Position numbers and translations under genes: made by a program. A stretch of 63,582 bases of DNA, the filler included, from Octopus bimaculoides (taxonomy: Eukaryota), in the NCBI RefSeq assembly GCF_001194135.2. It is 4 parts of 4 records of this genome, joined end to end, with 100 filler letters (N's around TTAATTAATTAA, not from the genome) between each part and the next. Parts side by side here need not be neighbours in the genome. Positions count along the whole stretch, not along the records: positions 1 to 16,784 come from NC_068982.1; 3 more parts are not named here. The stretch is one strand, 5' to 3'. The notes under the pieces are model-generated. The model made no database searches. It was given only the letters and a program-made list of their open reading frames with translations, and had not been told where the DNA came from. This document shows, in pieces, positions 1 through 13,607 of this stretch. Every line of letters starts with the position of its first letter. The first letter of the stretch is position 1.

Positions 1-43
1 TATATATATATATATATATATGCATGCATGTATGTATATATAT

Positions 44-423
44 CATGGCACCCCGTCATTTACGATGACAAGGGTTCCAGTTGATCCCATCAACAGAACA
101 GCCTGCTCATGAAATTAACATGCAAGTGGCTGAGCACTCCACAGACACGTGTACCCTTAATGTAGTTCTTGGGGAGATTCAGTGTGACACAGAGTATGAC
201 AAGGTTGGCCCTTTGAAATACAGGTACAACAGAAGCAGGAGGAAAGAGTGAGAGAAAGTTGTGATGAAAGAATACAGCAGAGTTCACCACCACACTCTGC
301 CAGAGCCTCAGGGAGCTTTATGTGTTTCCACTCAATAAATGTTCACAACGCCCGATCTTGGAATCGAAACCATGATCCTATGATTGCGAGTCCGCTGCCC
401 TAACCACTGGGCCACTGCACCTC

Positions 424-425
<2 letters not shown>
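44..425 (-). mobile_element. tRNA-headed SINE
   Basis: Minus strand starts with A/B-box-like TGGCCCAGTGGTTAGGGC...GGTTTCGATTCC. The body is shared with copies at 31568-31870 and 36714-37030. Confidence 0.85.
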
Positions 426-485
<60 letters not shown>

Positions 486-2084
486 GTCTGTCAATGACTT
501 TCATAGATACAGTCATGCAGTAATGCAGTATATCTGCTCTGCATATTCTTGGCTATATAATTTTGAATCGTTCAAGAAAAGTTTTGTTGTATTCATGTGT
601 TTTACAAGATGATAATGTGAAAATACTATAGAACTTTATTATACAGACAGACCCACAAGTAGCACATAAGATTAACATCATTTTCCACAAGAAAAATTAC
701 AATAACGTATTAATAATCGACACAGCAATATCAAATGACTACAGTTAAGTTCCATTAATTTGGTATCTGTCTGGTACTTTATTGTTTTCAAATTTTTCCT
801 CCTATATACCATCACTGACTGCCAACATCACTGTGTCATTGTTTATAGTCAAGTTGAACAGAATAGTGGCCAGTACCTAAGTGTATTGTGCCTATCTTTC
901 TCATAAATTGTTTGTATATTTAGTGAAAGTATTTTCCAGTGTTAAGAGCAACTAGTTTGGAAGAGATATGAAAAGAAAGCTACAGCTCTCACATCACATT
1001 TGATATTTGGAATAACAAAGAGGTGAAGAATTTGAATGCTCTTTTGATATTAAGAAACAAAAGAATAAGTTAATGCAATTCAGTGACAAGTAAATGTGTT
1101 GGTGTGCAGAATGTTTTAAAAATAAAAATTATAATTTTCAGAAATAAATGTTGTATAACATCAGTGGCTTAGTGTAAAGCAGCCAGAGCCAATGGTCATT
1201 GCAAACAGCAAGCAAATACACAAGGATATGAGGAATGCAACGACTTACAGTTAGGTAATTCATGATCTATATTCATAAACTTAATTTGTCTACTGAAAAG
1301 AAGTCAATAATGTACAGGAGTCCTAGACGAACAAACAGAATTTTGCTTTTATTAATAAAGATAAACAGCTGGAACACCTTTGATTGGTAGGTCAGCTTTA
1401 TCAAGGATGTCTGAGACTAAACGACAACTTCCATGCACTTTCTGTTATTTGTTCATGCAGTGTAATTATGGAACAAATCCTTTTGAAGCAAAAGTTCCAG
1501 TTTCATTATCCTTGGCATTTTTAATCTAAAATATTAAAGAACCCACTCTCTAGAATATATCTTTAGACTTCTTTAGCTTTACTTACTCTTAAGATCTTTT
1601 GTAGTCTGTTTTTAGATTTAAGCTGATTACCTTCCATGTATAATTCCATATTTGTCCTTCATTCTCATTTCATTCCATTTCTAACAGAGACTTACTTAAT
1701 TATTGAGATGCTAAGCAGAATGTGTTGGGTTAAACAAATGTACTATATACTATATGCATTGTAGTAGTAGAAATTTTAACTAATGCTGCAGCTGTAATTT
1801 AATATACAAGACAAATGTTAAATATCTATACAATCTCTTCATAATCAGAAAATATAGACTCCATAGCTATGGAGCCATGAAAAGAATAAATAATTATTAT
1901 TTTTATAAGTATTAATTACAGAAAGGCCTAATCAATCCACTTTATATATCATTTACTTTTTATATTTTGGTCAACAGACACTATTTATGAAGGCAATTAT
2001 TTTATTTCAGACTAGTTTGAAATACAATAATTGTTTAACACTCTCATATAAAAATATATCTAAGGGGAAATTTTAAATTGCAGA

Positions 2085-2990
2085 TTGACAACTGCTTCTC
2101 TTAGGCTCACACCTTACCTGTTTGCAATTATATTGGACTATGCAATGTGGCAGGCTATAGACAACAGTGATGAAGACCTTGGTTTTATCATAAACTGGCA
2201 AAGATCATGGAAAGTACCAGCAGTAACCGCCACAGACCTGGACTTTGCAGTTGATATAGCACTCATACCTAATTAAATAGATCAAGCTCAACAGCTGCTC
2301 AGCAGAGTAGAAACATCAGCTGCTAAAATATGCACACAAATTTCAAGAAAATGGAATACATGTCTTTCAACCAATCAAGTGATCCTGAACTGTTTGCTTT
2401 GAGCAGCTCCAAATTGAATGTTGTTGAAGAATTCAAGTATGCAGGTGATGGGTGAGCAGTTTGGAAGCAGACATTGAGATCAAGAAGACACAAGTATGGA
2501 CAGCCTGCCACACACTTAAGAAAGTCTGGAACTTCAAATTGCCCAGGAAAATCAAAAATCAAGCTGTTCATTGCAACTGTCAAATCAATGCTGTTATATT
2601 GCAGTGAAACATGGACACTGACAAAGAAATTATCAAACAGGTTAAATGGATGCTACGAAAGGATGCTATGAATGGCCCTAAATTTGAAATGGCAGCAACA
2701 TATGACAAATGAATGCCTTTATAAAGACCTGCTGAAAGTTAGTAAGAAGATTAGGCAAAGACAGCTATGACTATGCAGTCACTTTGTGCACCACCCTGAA
2801 CTGGAAGCATCCAAATTAGTTTTGTGAAGCTCACTTCATAGTGTTGTAAGAAAAGAAAAACGTCATATAACAACTTGATTGTAGACACTGACCTGGAGTG
2901 TATTCAATACATTGAGGCAGTGATGACAGACCAAGAAGTGTGGCAGGTAGACTTTGTTGCTGCAGCCCAAGTTAGAACCCGGCCATAATA
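2085..2990 (+). mobile_element. RTE-clade LINE, decayed reverse transcriptase and 3' region
   Basis: LTPYLFAIILDYAM, TDLDFAVDIAL (FADD), VEEFKY, KLFIATVKSMLLYCSETWTLTKKLSNRLNGCYERML. Confidence 0.88.
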
Positions 2991-3295
2991 AATAATAATA
3001 ATTAGGCTGTAACAAATCAAAGTAGTAAAACTCCTACCACATTTTACAATTCTTTGGGTTTTCATATTAGCAACAGTAAAGAACAGTTTAAAGTAGTCCA
3101 ATAGCATTAACTGGCTTCATGAGGCAATTTTATATTATGTCTTACAGGTGCAGACATGGCTATGTGGTTGAGAAGTTTTATTCCCTACCACATGGTTTTG
3201 AGTTTAGTCCCACAGCATAGCACCTTCTATTATAGGCCTACACAGACCAAAGATTAGTGAGTGGATTTGGTAGACAAAAACTGGAAAAACTTGTA

Positions 3296-3336
<41 letters not shown>

Positions 3337-4822
3337 ATGCATGCGTGTGCACATGAATGTACACATGTGTGTATGTGTGCATGAATGATGACATTCCATA
3401 CCTTTTCATATGACATCATTTGATTTGATGTCATATTCTGCCCCCTACAAACTTTATGCTTTTGGCCCTGTGTTTTCAGTTTTGAAAAAAAATCACCCAG
3501 CCATAAAATATTGTATTGCTAAGTCTTTGTACAACCTACGCCAGCAAGGAAAACTGGATGTAAAAATGAACAAAAGAATGAATATTTGCATGGAAGCATG
3601 ACTGTGAGAAAATTAAAAGATGCCAGGTGCAGTTAAGGACCCACTTCTTTCAGTCTGTTTTAATGAAGTAAAACTCCAATAAGTCTGCAGAGTTTGTATT
3701 AGCTGCAACAAGAGACACTTGTAAATGAACCAATGATATTGTTTGATTTTGGTTGGCATTTTTATCTTTTGTATTGTCTTGATAGAAAAAAGATTATAAA
3801 TAATGGGCTGTGTGGCAAGAAGCTTTCTTCCTAACAATATGGTCTTTGGATTCAGTCTCAGAGTGTGGCATCTTGGGAAAATGTCTTCTACTATAGCCCC
3901 AAATCACTATAGCCTTGTGAGTGGATTTCATAGGCAGAAACTGGAAGCAGCTTTCACATATATATGTATATATGTATTTATCTATGTGTGTATGTGTTTT
4001 GACATCTGGCATTGGTTTGTTTACATCCCTGTAACACTGTGCACACATGTGTGTGTGTGTGTGTGTATGTGCTCATGACTAGACATCATCTCTGTAACAT
4101 CCCTGTAGTGGTTTGACAAATAAAAACTGATAGAATAAGTTCCAGACTTAAAAATAAGTACTGTGGTTGATTTGTTTGACTAAATTCTTCAAATACTATA
4201 ACAAGTAAAAGATAAAAAAGATTTCTCTCTATATTTTCAGCACTTTGGCTCAAGTCTGTTAAATTGGACAAACTTATTAATCATATAATTAAGGCAGGAT
4301 GATCATGGCTGGAATGCCTTTGATCATAGGTCAGCTTCACCAAGGCTGATCTGAAGCTAAACAATAACGATATCCATGCACTTGTTTTTATTATTTGTTC
4401 CAGCAGAATAATTACAGAACAAGTATATTTTAAAATTGAAGTTACAGCTTTGTCATCCTTGACATTTTTAATCTAAGCCATTAAAAAGCCCACTCTCCAG
4501 TATTTATCTTTAAACTGCTCTAGCTCTATTTCCTCTGAGACCATTTGTAGTCTGTTTTTAGATTTAAGCAGATTACTTCCATATATAATTCCATATTTAT
4601 CTTTCATTCAGATTTCTCCATCACCAAATTTAACCTCATCTCTGCCATTAAGAATTACCTAATTTTTGAGATGCTAAACCATGTGTTTTTGGACAACATA
4701 AACCTAATATGTAGTAAATCTATTGTTGTAATAAATATTTTAGCTACTACTGCATCTGTAATTGAATACACTGGAAATATGTAAACAAATGTCTGTTTGT
4801 GTCTTTTATTTTTATCTCTTAG

Positions 4823-4927
4823 TAAGGAGAGAAAGCAGTGCTCATAACCCTTCACAAGTCCTCCAAGACTTGTGTGAGATAGATGAATGGATCCCCAACC
4901 AGAGACTTGGTCTGGATGCTTACAACA
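4823..4927 (+). CDS. Orphan internal exon, unknown protein (xRRESSAHNPSQVLQDLCEIDEWIPNQRLGLDAYN)
   Basis: Long pyrimidine tract TTTTATTTTTATCTCTTAG, donor A|GTATGT. 105 nt, phase 1-1, open frame. Confidence 0.55.
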
Positions 4928-6498
4928 GTATGTACTTTGCTAAAGGTATCTGAGTTGATAAATGATGCAGCTAAACCAGGCAACAGCTTAAGTCTACTGC
5001 TCAAGTAGCCTAAGGTGGGATTGAAACTCAGAATGCAAAGATCAGGAAGATATACTATGAGGTGGTATGTTCAACGCTCTAACATTCTCACCAGTCCATC
5101 ACCATAGACTGGCACTCTATCAATCCCAGGAGGATAAAAGGCAAAATTGACCTTGGTGGATTTGATCTCAGAATGCATGGTGATTGCATTGATAGTGGTT
5201 GTGGAGTTGGGGTTGTTAGTGGTGATGGTTATGTTTGTGGCATGGGTTCAATTTCTGGACTGACTAAAACATCATGTCCTTGAGTAAGTTCATNNNNNNN
5301 NNNNNNNNNNNNNNNNNNNNNNNNNNNNNNNNNNNNNNNNNNNNNNNNNNNNNNNNNNNNNNNNNNNNNNNNNNNNNNNNNNNNNNNNNNNNNNNNNNNN
5401 NNNNNNNNNNNNNNNNNNNNNNNNNNNNNNNNNNNNNNNNNNNNNNNNNNNNNNNNNNNNNNNNNNNNNNNNNNNNNNNNNNNNNNNNNNNNNNNNNNNN
5501 NNNNNNNNNNNNNNNNNNNNNNNNGTCCCAGTGGTTCAGAAGTTACTTCCCAATCATCTGGTCTTGGATTCAGTCTCACTGCATGGCACCTTGGACAAGT
5601 GTCTTCTATTAATAGCCCTTGGTTGACCAAAGCCCTGTGAGTGGATTTAGTGGATAGAAACTGAAAGAAGCCCATCGAGCATGTGTGCATATGTGTGTGT
5701 GTGTGTATGTGTGTGTATGTGCGTTCATATGTGCCCGTGTCTAGACATCATGTGGGGTTGTTTGTTTCCAGCCTACTCCAAAAACATTCTAGCTACGGGA
5801 AGTAATAGTACCTTGCTTGGATACAAGTGAGGGCTGGTGACCAGGAAGGGCATCTAGTCATAAAAAATCTGCCTCAACAAAAACAAATTTTGACTGATCT
5901 GTGAAAGCATCTAAAAGTAGATGTTAAAATGATGATGATGATGATAATGATGGCGGTTGTGGTGGTAGGGGTGTTACCAAGCCATGCTCATTTGTGAGTG
6001 ATGGTTGGTTGAATTTTGTAAATATCCTAAAAAGATAGGATGGTCTTGGCCGGAATGCTTTTGATCATAGTTCTGCTTGATCCAGAGTTGATCTTGATCT
6101 AAACAACAGCAAAACAGCTGCAGTAATAAAACCAATAGATACCTCACACTTCCTTCCTGTAGAATAAATTATCAACAAAGAAGGGGTGATATCATTGAGA
6201 ATTTAGAGTCTTAAACTGATTGTGTATGCTGATGGAGTACAGGGTTCAAGGTTTCAATCCTGGATAATGCTAAGTTGCCTTTAAATAACTGCTTAATCTG
6301 AAAAGATTTGGAGAGGGTAAGACTTAAAAATGGAAAAAGAAAATAAAAGAATACTTCTTAGTATGTTACACCCAGCGACCTAATAAAGGGTATGGTGTGT
6401 GGTGTGCTAAGCGGTATGAATGTACGCATGTGTGTGTGCTTGTATGTATACACATTCAGACAAATACATGCATATATGAGTGTGTACACATGTATATT

Positions 6499-6549
<51 letters not shown>

Positions 6550-8526
6550 GTTTACATACACACACAGACATGTATGTATGTATATATATATCTGTCTTCT
6601 ATCTATCTATCTATCTATCTATCTATATATCTATATATATACACACACACACATACATACATACATACATGCACATAAATATATATGCATCTATGTGTGT
6701 ATGTTTGTATATGTATTTATACATACATATGTACACGAAGCAGAGTANNNNNNNNNNNNNNNNNNNNNNNNNNNNNNNNNNNNNNNNNNNNNNNNNNNNN
6801 NNNNNNNNNNNNNNNNNNNNNNNNNNNNNNNNNNNNNNNNNNNNNNNNNNNNNNNNNNNNNNNNNNNNNNNNNNNNNNNNNNNNNNNNNNNNNNNNNNNN
6901 NNNNNNNNNNNNNNNNNNNNNNNNNNNNNNNNNNNNNNNNNNNNNNNNNNNNNNNNNNNNNNNNNNNNNNNNNNNNNNNNNNNNNNNNNNNNNNNNNNNN
7001 NNNNNNNNNNNNNNNNNNNNNNNNNNNNNNNNNNNNNNNNNNNNNNNNNNNNNNNNNNNNNNNNNNNNNNNNNNNNNNNNNNNNNNNNNNNNNNNNNNNN
7101 NNNNNNNNNNNNNNNNNNNNNNNNNNNNNNNNNNNNNNNNNNNNNNNNNNNNNNNNNNNNNNNNNNNNNNNNNNNNNNNNNNNNNNNNNNNNNNNNNNNN
7201 NNNNNNNNNNNNNNNNNNNNNNNNNNNNNNNNNNNNNNNNNNNNNNNNNNNNNNNNNNNNNNNNNNNNNNNNNNNNNNNNNNNNNNNNNNNNNNNNNNNN
7301 NNNNNNNNNNNNNNNNNNNNNNNNNNNNNNNNNNNNNNNNNNNNNNNNNNNNNNNNNNNNNNNNNNNNNNNNNNNNNNNNNNNNNNNNNNNNNNNNNNNN
7401 NNNNNNNNNNNNNNNNNNNNNNNNNNNNNNNNNNNNNNNNNNNNNNNNNNNNNNNNNNNNNNNNNNNNNNNNNNNNNNNNNNNNNNNNNNNNNNNNNNNN
7501 NNNNNNNNNNNNNNNNNNNNNNNNNNNNNNNNNNNNNNNNNNNNNNNNNNNNNNNNNNNNNNNNNNNNNNNNNNNNNNNNNNNNNNNNNNNNNNNNNNNN
7601 NNNNNNNNAACCATGTTAGACCTAGGGCTAAACAAAGGCAGTCTTTATCACTACCACCACCAGCACCACCACCACCACTTACGCTAACACCATCATTGAT
7701 ACCTCCTCTCACCAACACCACTACCACTGCTAGCCAATGAGGAAGCCGCTATGTGGTCGTTCATCCAACAAAAAATAGCAGTCATATCTCCCTCAAATCA
7801 TACTAAGAAGGGACATACTAGACATGGTCTTGGGTTTCCTGCACAGGAAAAAAAGATGAGATGTTGTGATTGGAATGCTTTCAATCTTAGGTCTATTCAA
7901 CCATGTTAGACCTAGGGCTAAACAAAGGCAGTCTTTATCACTACCACCACCAGCACCACTACCGTCAACACCTCTGTGACTACCACCATTACACTACCAT
8001 CACCATCATATTTACTATCTCTCAACACCACCGTCACAGATGCCTTCTACCAACACCATTGCCATTACTATTGACCCCCAACTCAACCATTATCACCACC
8101 ACTACCACCACTGCTGCCTCCGCCATCACCACCACCATCACCATCAAGACCACCACCGTCACCATTTGTAGTTAGTGGTGGTTATGACATTGGTGATGAT
8201 GATGATGTTGACAGTGCCACTGGCCACATCATTATCAATGAACCAACAAGGGAGACCCTTTATGATCACTTGACCTGCTAGATATTCTTTTACTGTTTTA
8301 CTTGTTTCAGTCATTTGACTGCAGCCTAGCTGGAACACTGCCTTTTAGTTGAACGAATCGACCCCTGGACTTATTCTTTGTAAGCCTAGTACTTATTCTA
8401 TCATTCTCTTTTGCTAAATCGCTAAGTTACAGGGACGTAAACACACAACATCGACTGTCAAGCGATGGTGGGGGAATAAACACAGACACACAAACATATA
8501 CATATATATATATAAATACATACATG

Positions 8527-8568
<42 letters not shown>

Positions 8569-10615
8569 NNNNNNNNNNNNNNNNNNNNNNNNNNNNNNNN
8601 NNNNNNNNNNNNNNNNNNNNNNNNNNNNNNNNNNNNNNNNNNNNNNNNNNNNNNNNNNNNNNNNNNNNNNNNNNNNNNNNNNNNNNNNNNNNNNNNNNNN
8701 NNNNNNNNNNNNNNNNNNNNNNNNNNNNNNNNNNNNNNNNNNNNNNNNNNNNNNNNNNNNNNNNNNNNNNNNNNNNNNNNNNNNNNNNNNNNNNNNNNNN
8801 NNNNNNNNNNNNNNNNNNNNNNNNNNNNNNNNNNNNNNNNNNNNNNNNNNNNNNNNNNNNNNNNNNNNNNNNNNNNNNNNNNNNNNNNNNNNNNNNNNNN
8901 NNNNNNNNNNNNNNNNNNNNNNNNNNNNNNNNNNNNNNNNNNNNNNNNNNNNNTATATATATATATATATATATATATATCATCATCATCATCGTTTAAC
9001 GTCCGCTTTCCATGCTAGCATGGGTTGGATGATTTGACTGAGGACTGGTGAAACCGGATGGCAACACCAGGCTCCAATCTAATTTGGCAGAGTTTCTACA
9101 GCTGGATGCCCTTCCTAACGCCAACCACTCAGAGAGTGTAGTGGGTGCTTTTACGTGTCACCCGCACGAGGGCCAGTCAGGCGGTACTGGCATATAAGAT
9201 GGGCTTCTTTCAGTTTCTGTCTAGTGAATCCACTCACAAGGCTTTGGTTAGCCCAAGGCTATAGTAGAAGACACTTGCTGAAGGTGCCACACAGTGGGAC
9301 TGAACCCAGAACCATGTAGTTGGTAAGGAAGCTACTTACCACACAGCCCCCACTCCTAGCAACCAAATCTCCCCTAAAACAACACCTTACCATCTTAAAT
9401 GAGAAGAATATGTTGGATAGATTAGTCATCAATAGACAAAATGATCGGATGGTCAAGGCTGGAATGCTTTTAGTTTTATATTTATTTGATGAGAACTAAC
9501 ATGGGGGCTAACATTAACAATATCAGCAACAACTTCCACCTCTACCACCACCACCAGCACTAACTAACTTATAACTTCATCATCACCACCACTGCCTCTG
9601 CCAACACTTGCACCACCATCACCACACCACCACCATCACCACACCACCACCATTTTCTTTGCTGCTGCCAACACTAACACCATGACCTCCACAACTACAA
9701 CCTGCACTGGCACTACTGTAGCCACCACTATCACCACCATTATCAGTTTCAACACTACCAGTCATACATATCTCACCACCACCACCAACATATAGTAACT
9801 CTTCATTCTCTTCATTCTCTTCATTATCTTCATTATCTTCTTCTTCTTCTTCTTCTTCTTCTTCTTCTTCTTCTTCTTCTTCACAATCTACCCTCTGTAT
9901 CTTACTTTTAATGTCCATATTCATTAATAACAAACACATCACCACTATACATCATCTGCACCTAACTGCATCCCTCCACATTAGTTTTCATCTTTCCAAA
10001 ACACAGTAAACATTAACAACCAATAAGCTTCTATGCAATGTTTCACCCTGCAAGAAATAGCAGCCAAAACTTAAATAGGAAAGGACACATTGGAAAGATG
10101 GTTCTAGATATACAAAAAGAAGCAACATAAAAAAAACAAAAAAAAAAACAGACAGGATGATCATGGCCAGAATGTTGTTGGTCATACATCTGTTTGTTTG
10201 ACCTAGGTCTAAACAAATACAACATGAAATAAAATTCTAACATCAAAGGCCAACATCCAACCCATGGCAGTGGTGGTAGCGGCGGTGGCGGTGGTGGTGG
10301 TGGTGGTGGTGGTGGATGGTGGCAGGGATAGTCATGTTGGTAGTGGAGTGGAGGTCATTATCTTGTATGTCTCACCTCAGTTTGTTTTAGANNNNNNNNN
10401 NATGATCAAAATAATTCCAGCAATGATTATCCCATATCTTTTTTTATTTTTCTTTCCACACCAATCATACCTGGTTTTTTATTCTTTTTTTTTTTTTTTT
10501 GAGCCAGCAAGGTGTGTTATGAGGAAGATTTGGCTGCTAGTAGGACTAGTGGCTATTTAGATGCTCCTTTGTTGGCTCATAGTCGATAATTTTATTACCT
10601 AGGTAATTTAATTAG

Positions 10616-10679
10616 TACTGGAGGATGGATATCATGAAAGAATCCGGGCTAAAGTAATCAAAATGGATGAAAAAATATT
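10616..10679 (+). CDS. Orphan internal exon, unknown protein (xLEDGYHERIRAKVIKMDEKI)
   Basis: T-rich acceptor TTTAATTAG and donor TT|GTAAGG. Phase 1 start is compatible with 4823-4927 (joined: LDAYNILEDGYHERIRAKV). Confidence 0.35.
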
Positions 10680-11854
10680 GTAAGGATTTTTTATTACCTT
10701 TGTTATAGCAAAGTAGCACTATTACTAAAGTAGTAGTCAAATCTCCCTCAAATCACACCCTACAACTTGGAGATGAGAATCACATTGGCTAGTGTAGCCC
10801 TGTATAGACAGTAAGTGAAATGAAAAATTGAGGGGGTGGGATGATCATGGTGGAGAGAGAGACTTTGATTGTAGATCTGCACGATCAGGAATGGCTTGAG
10901 GCTAAGTAACTACAACAGCAACAAAGAGCTTCTCTGTCTGTAAGAGACAGAATGTAAGAAGTATGTGTAAGAATATACAATGAGATAACTGGCAGACTGA
11001 TAGTGAATGAGGACTTGAGATGTGATAGATGTATAGTAATAGTTAACAGTAGGAGCGCTAATGAAATGAAGTCCATCAACTGCCCAAACAGATCCCTGCT
11101 GTAATAGATAGCTTCTGTTACCTAGGAGATCTAATTTGTGCTGGAAATAGTTGTAAGGAAAATATAGTAGCTAGAGTAAAGAAGATGAGGAAAGAGGTTT
11201 AGGGAGTGGTTACCAGTGTTAGAAGTATGTGTACGGAGTATTGATGCAACAGGGTCAAACAGCTCACATAGCTAAGACTTTTTCATTGGCTCTGTCTACT
11301 AAGTTATGATTATGCTATGATAGACAAGTATTTTAAATAATATCCAAAAAATCATCTGGCTGATTAGTAAATCTTCCTCCAACAACAAGCTGCACCTATC
11401 AGCATAAATGGCAGAACCCAACCTACTAGAAATACCAGCTTAATCTCCTTAGAGTCACACCATCTTGAAAAAAAAAATGGAAAGAAATGTTAGGTGATGT
11501 AGTCCTACAGCCCTGAAATGATGGGATGAGACAGCTGGAATACCTTTACTCATAGGCTTGCTCAGTCAGATTTGTCTTGGAGTTAAACAACAACACAAAG
11601 CAACAATCATTAGCACACTGATGCAGTGTGTTCTCTATTTGTCTCTTCTACCATTACCACAATAGTCCATTGTTAAACAGCCAGCTGGAGCACCTACTTC
11701 ACCTTACTGTGCTTCACTGCCACCTCCAAACTCTATACCAAACACTATTCCTCAGTCTTTCTCTCTAGAACTGCAAGCTAATGAGAGGGCATCTATGCAG
11801 TTACTCAACATGCTAGAAATAGCAGCCAAATCTCCCTTGAATCACACCCTAGAA

Positions 11855-12137
11855 CAGGGGTTTTCAAACTGTGGTCCGCAGACCATAGGGGGTCCACAAG
11901 GACAAGACAGGGGGTCCGTGGACAGCAAATACTTTTTATGGGCAATTTGATTTTATATATGTTTTTTAATCGAAATCTTTTAATTGACAATAAACCTATT
12001 TGTTAAATACTGTTAAATAAATAAATGTAAAAATATGTTATTTTAAGCAAATATTTATGTATAAATTTCATAAGCGTTTATAAGGTAAAGCCTGAAATAC
12101 AAAGGGGTCCGCAAGTCAAAAAGTTTGAAAACCCCTG
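11855..12137. mobile_element. hAT (Charlie-like) MITE, 283 bp, inserted into an older SINE-like repeat
   Basis: Perfect 16-bp TIR CAGGGGTTTTCAAACT and perfect 8-bp TSD CCCTAGAA (11847-54 and 12138-45). Confidence 0.92.
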
Positions 12138-13607
12138 CCCTAGAACATATTAGATAATCTATGTTTGAAAGAAAATGGCATGATTAGGGTTGGAATACTT
12201 TTAGGCCTAGGTCTACTGGTATGGACACATGATGAAAATAAATAAGTGATGGGTGATAAAGAACTGTATAGGTGGAGGGTATCTATGAAAGAAGAAAATG
12301 TGGGAAGAAGTAACAAATTTAGATCTCAGAATGTTGTGACTCACAGAAGAGATAAAATAAATTGAGATGATTGGTTAATATGATGTGTATGGCAGAAAAG
12401 TATAATGAATGAAAAATTTTATTTGTTTCAGTCATTTAACTGTGGCCATGCTGGGGCACTGCCTTGAGGAATTTTTAGTCGAATCGACTCCAGTTCTTTT
12501 TTTTTAAACCTGGTACTTAATCTAATACACTCTTTTGTCGAACTGCTAAGTGATGGCAATGCAAACACACATACACACACACACACACATACGATGGGCT
12601 TCTTTCAGTTTCTGTCTACTAAATCCACTCACAAGGCTTTGGTCAGCCCAAGATGATAGCAGGAGACACTTGCCCAAGGCACCATGCAATAAGACTGAAC
12701 CCGGAACTATGTGGTTGGGAAGCAAGCTTCTTACTACACAGTCATACCTGCACCTATATATTAAAATATTAATGATGATGACAATGATGATAATAAAGAA
12801 AGCAATGATGCAATGCCGATGATGACAATGACAACAATGAAGATGATGGATGATGATGATGATGATGATGCCAATGGCAACAATGATGATGATGATGCCA
12901 ATGGCAACACTGATGATGATGGATGATGATGATGATGCCAATGGCAACAACAATGATGATGATGCTACTGCTGATGATTTCCATGATGATAAAGATGAAA
13001 TTGTGAATATGCTTTTCTCAACATTATCTATTGTTTACTGTCTTTCAATACCTTACTACAATTATACATGATAATTGTATACGACTATAATTAATGGTTC
13101 CAGTAAACAAGTTACTACCACACCTACCACAACCGTCACAACCAGCTGCATACTTTTAAAACATCATCAATTCTTTTATCCACCAGGATGAATGGGATGG
13201 TTTTAGATGTGTGAATGGGTATGTTAAATGGGTATGCTATCTTAAAGCCAGTGGGGGTACATAGTCAAGGAAGTGCTAGCTCATTGACATGAGGTGTGAA
13301 CAGGTATGCTTAAAGGGTGTGGTATACTTCATGGGAGGCCATATACACATGTCAAGAAATAACAATCTAATATATTTATGTATTCTTAGCATTCTTTTTT
13401 CCCCTGGTTTTAGTCATAGGAATGCAGCTATGCTGGAAAACTCTCTTCTAGGTTTTAATCAATCATATCAACTCTAGTACTTATTTCAGCCTGGTATTTA
13501 TTTAATTGAGCCATAGTTGTTGAATCATTAACTTTCACATTTCGATGCACTTTTGGTAATGCTTTCTGAAACATCAATTTTTACACAAACATAGATAAGG
13601 ATACAGA

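Noticed and set aside
350-425. tRNA gene
   Set aside because: It is only the A/B-box head of a SINE whose body recurs at 31568 and 36714, and it has no complete cloverleaf.
3481-3601. Plus-strand exon LKKNHPAIKYCIAKSLYNLRQQGKLD...
   Set aside because: The acceptor is acceptable, but there is no good donor in a phase compatible with the 4823 exon, and the frame ends in a stop.
6392-8992. Long ORFs of 190-430 aa in the track
   Set aside because: They run through N gaps and (TA)n/(CA)n microsatellites.
9619-9945. Poly-Glu/Gly ORF
   Set aside because: It is made of (CTT)n and (ACC)n triplet microsatellites, with no splice or homology support.
11664-11960. About 95-codon plus-strand open frame
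   Set aside because: It reads through a LINE 3' remnant, a SINE-like repeat and the hAT MITE.
13187-13218. 32-nt exon DEWDGFRCVNG with good splice sites
   Set aside because: Too short to support alone, and its phase does not match the preferred donor of the 10616 exon.
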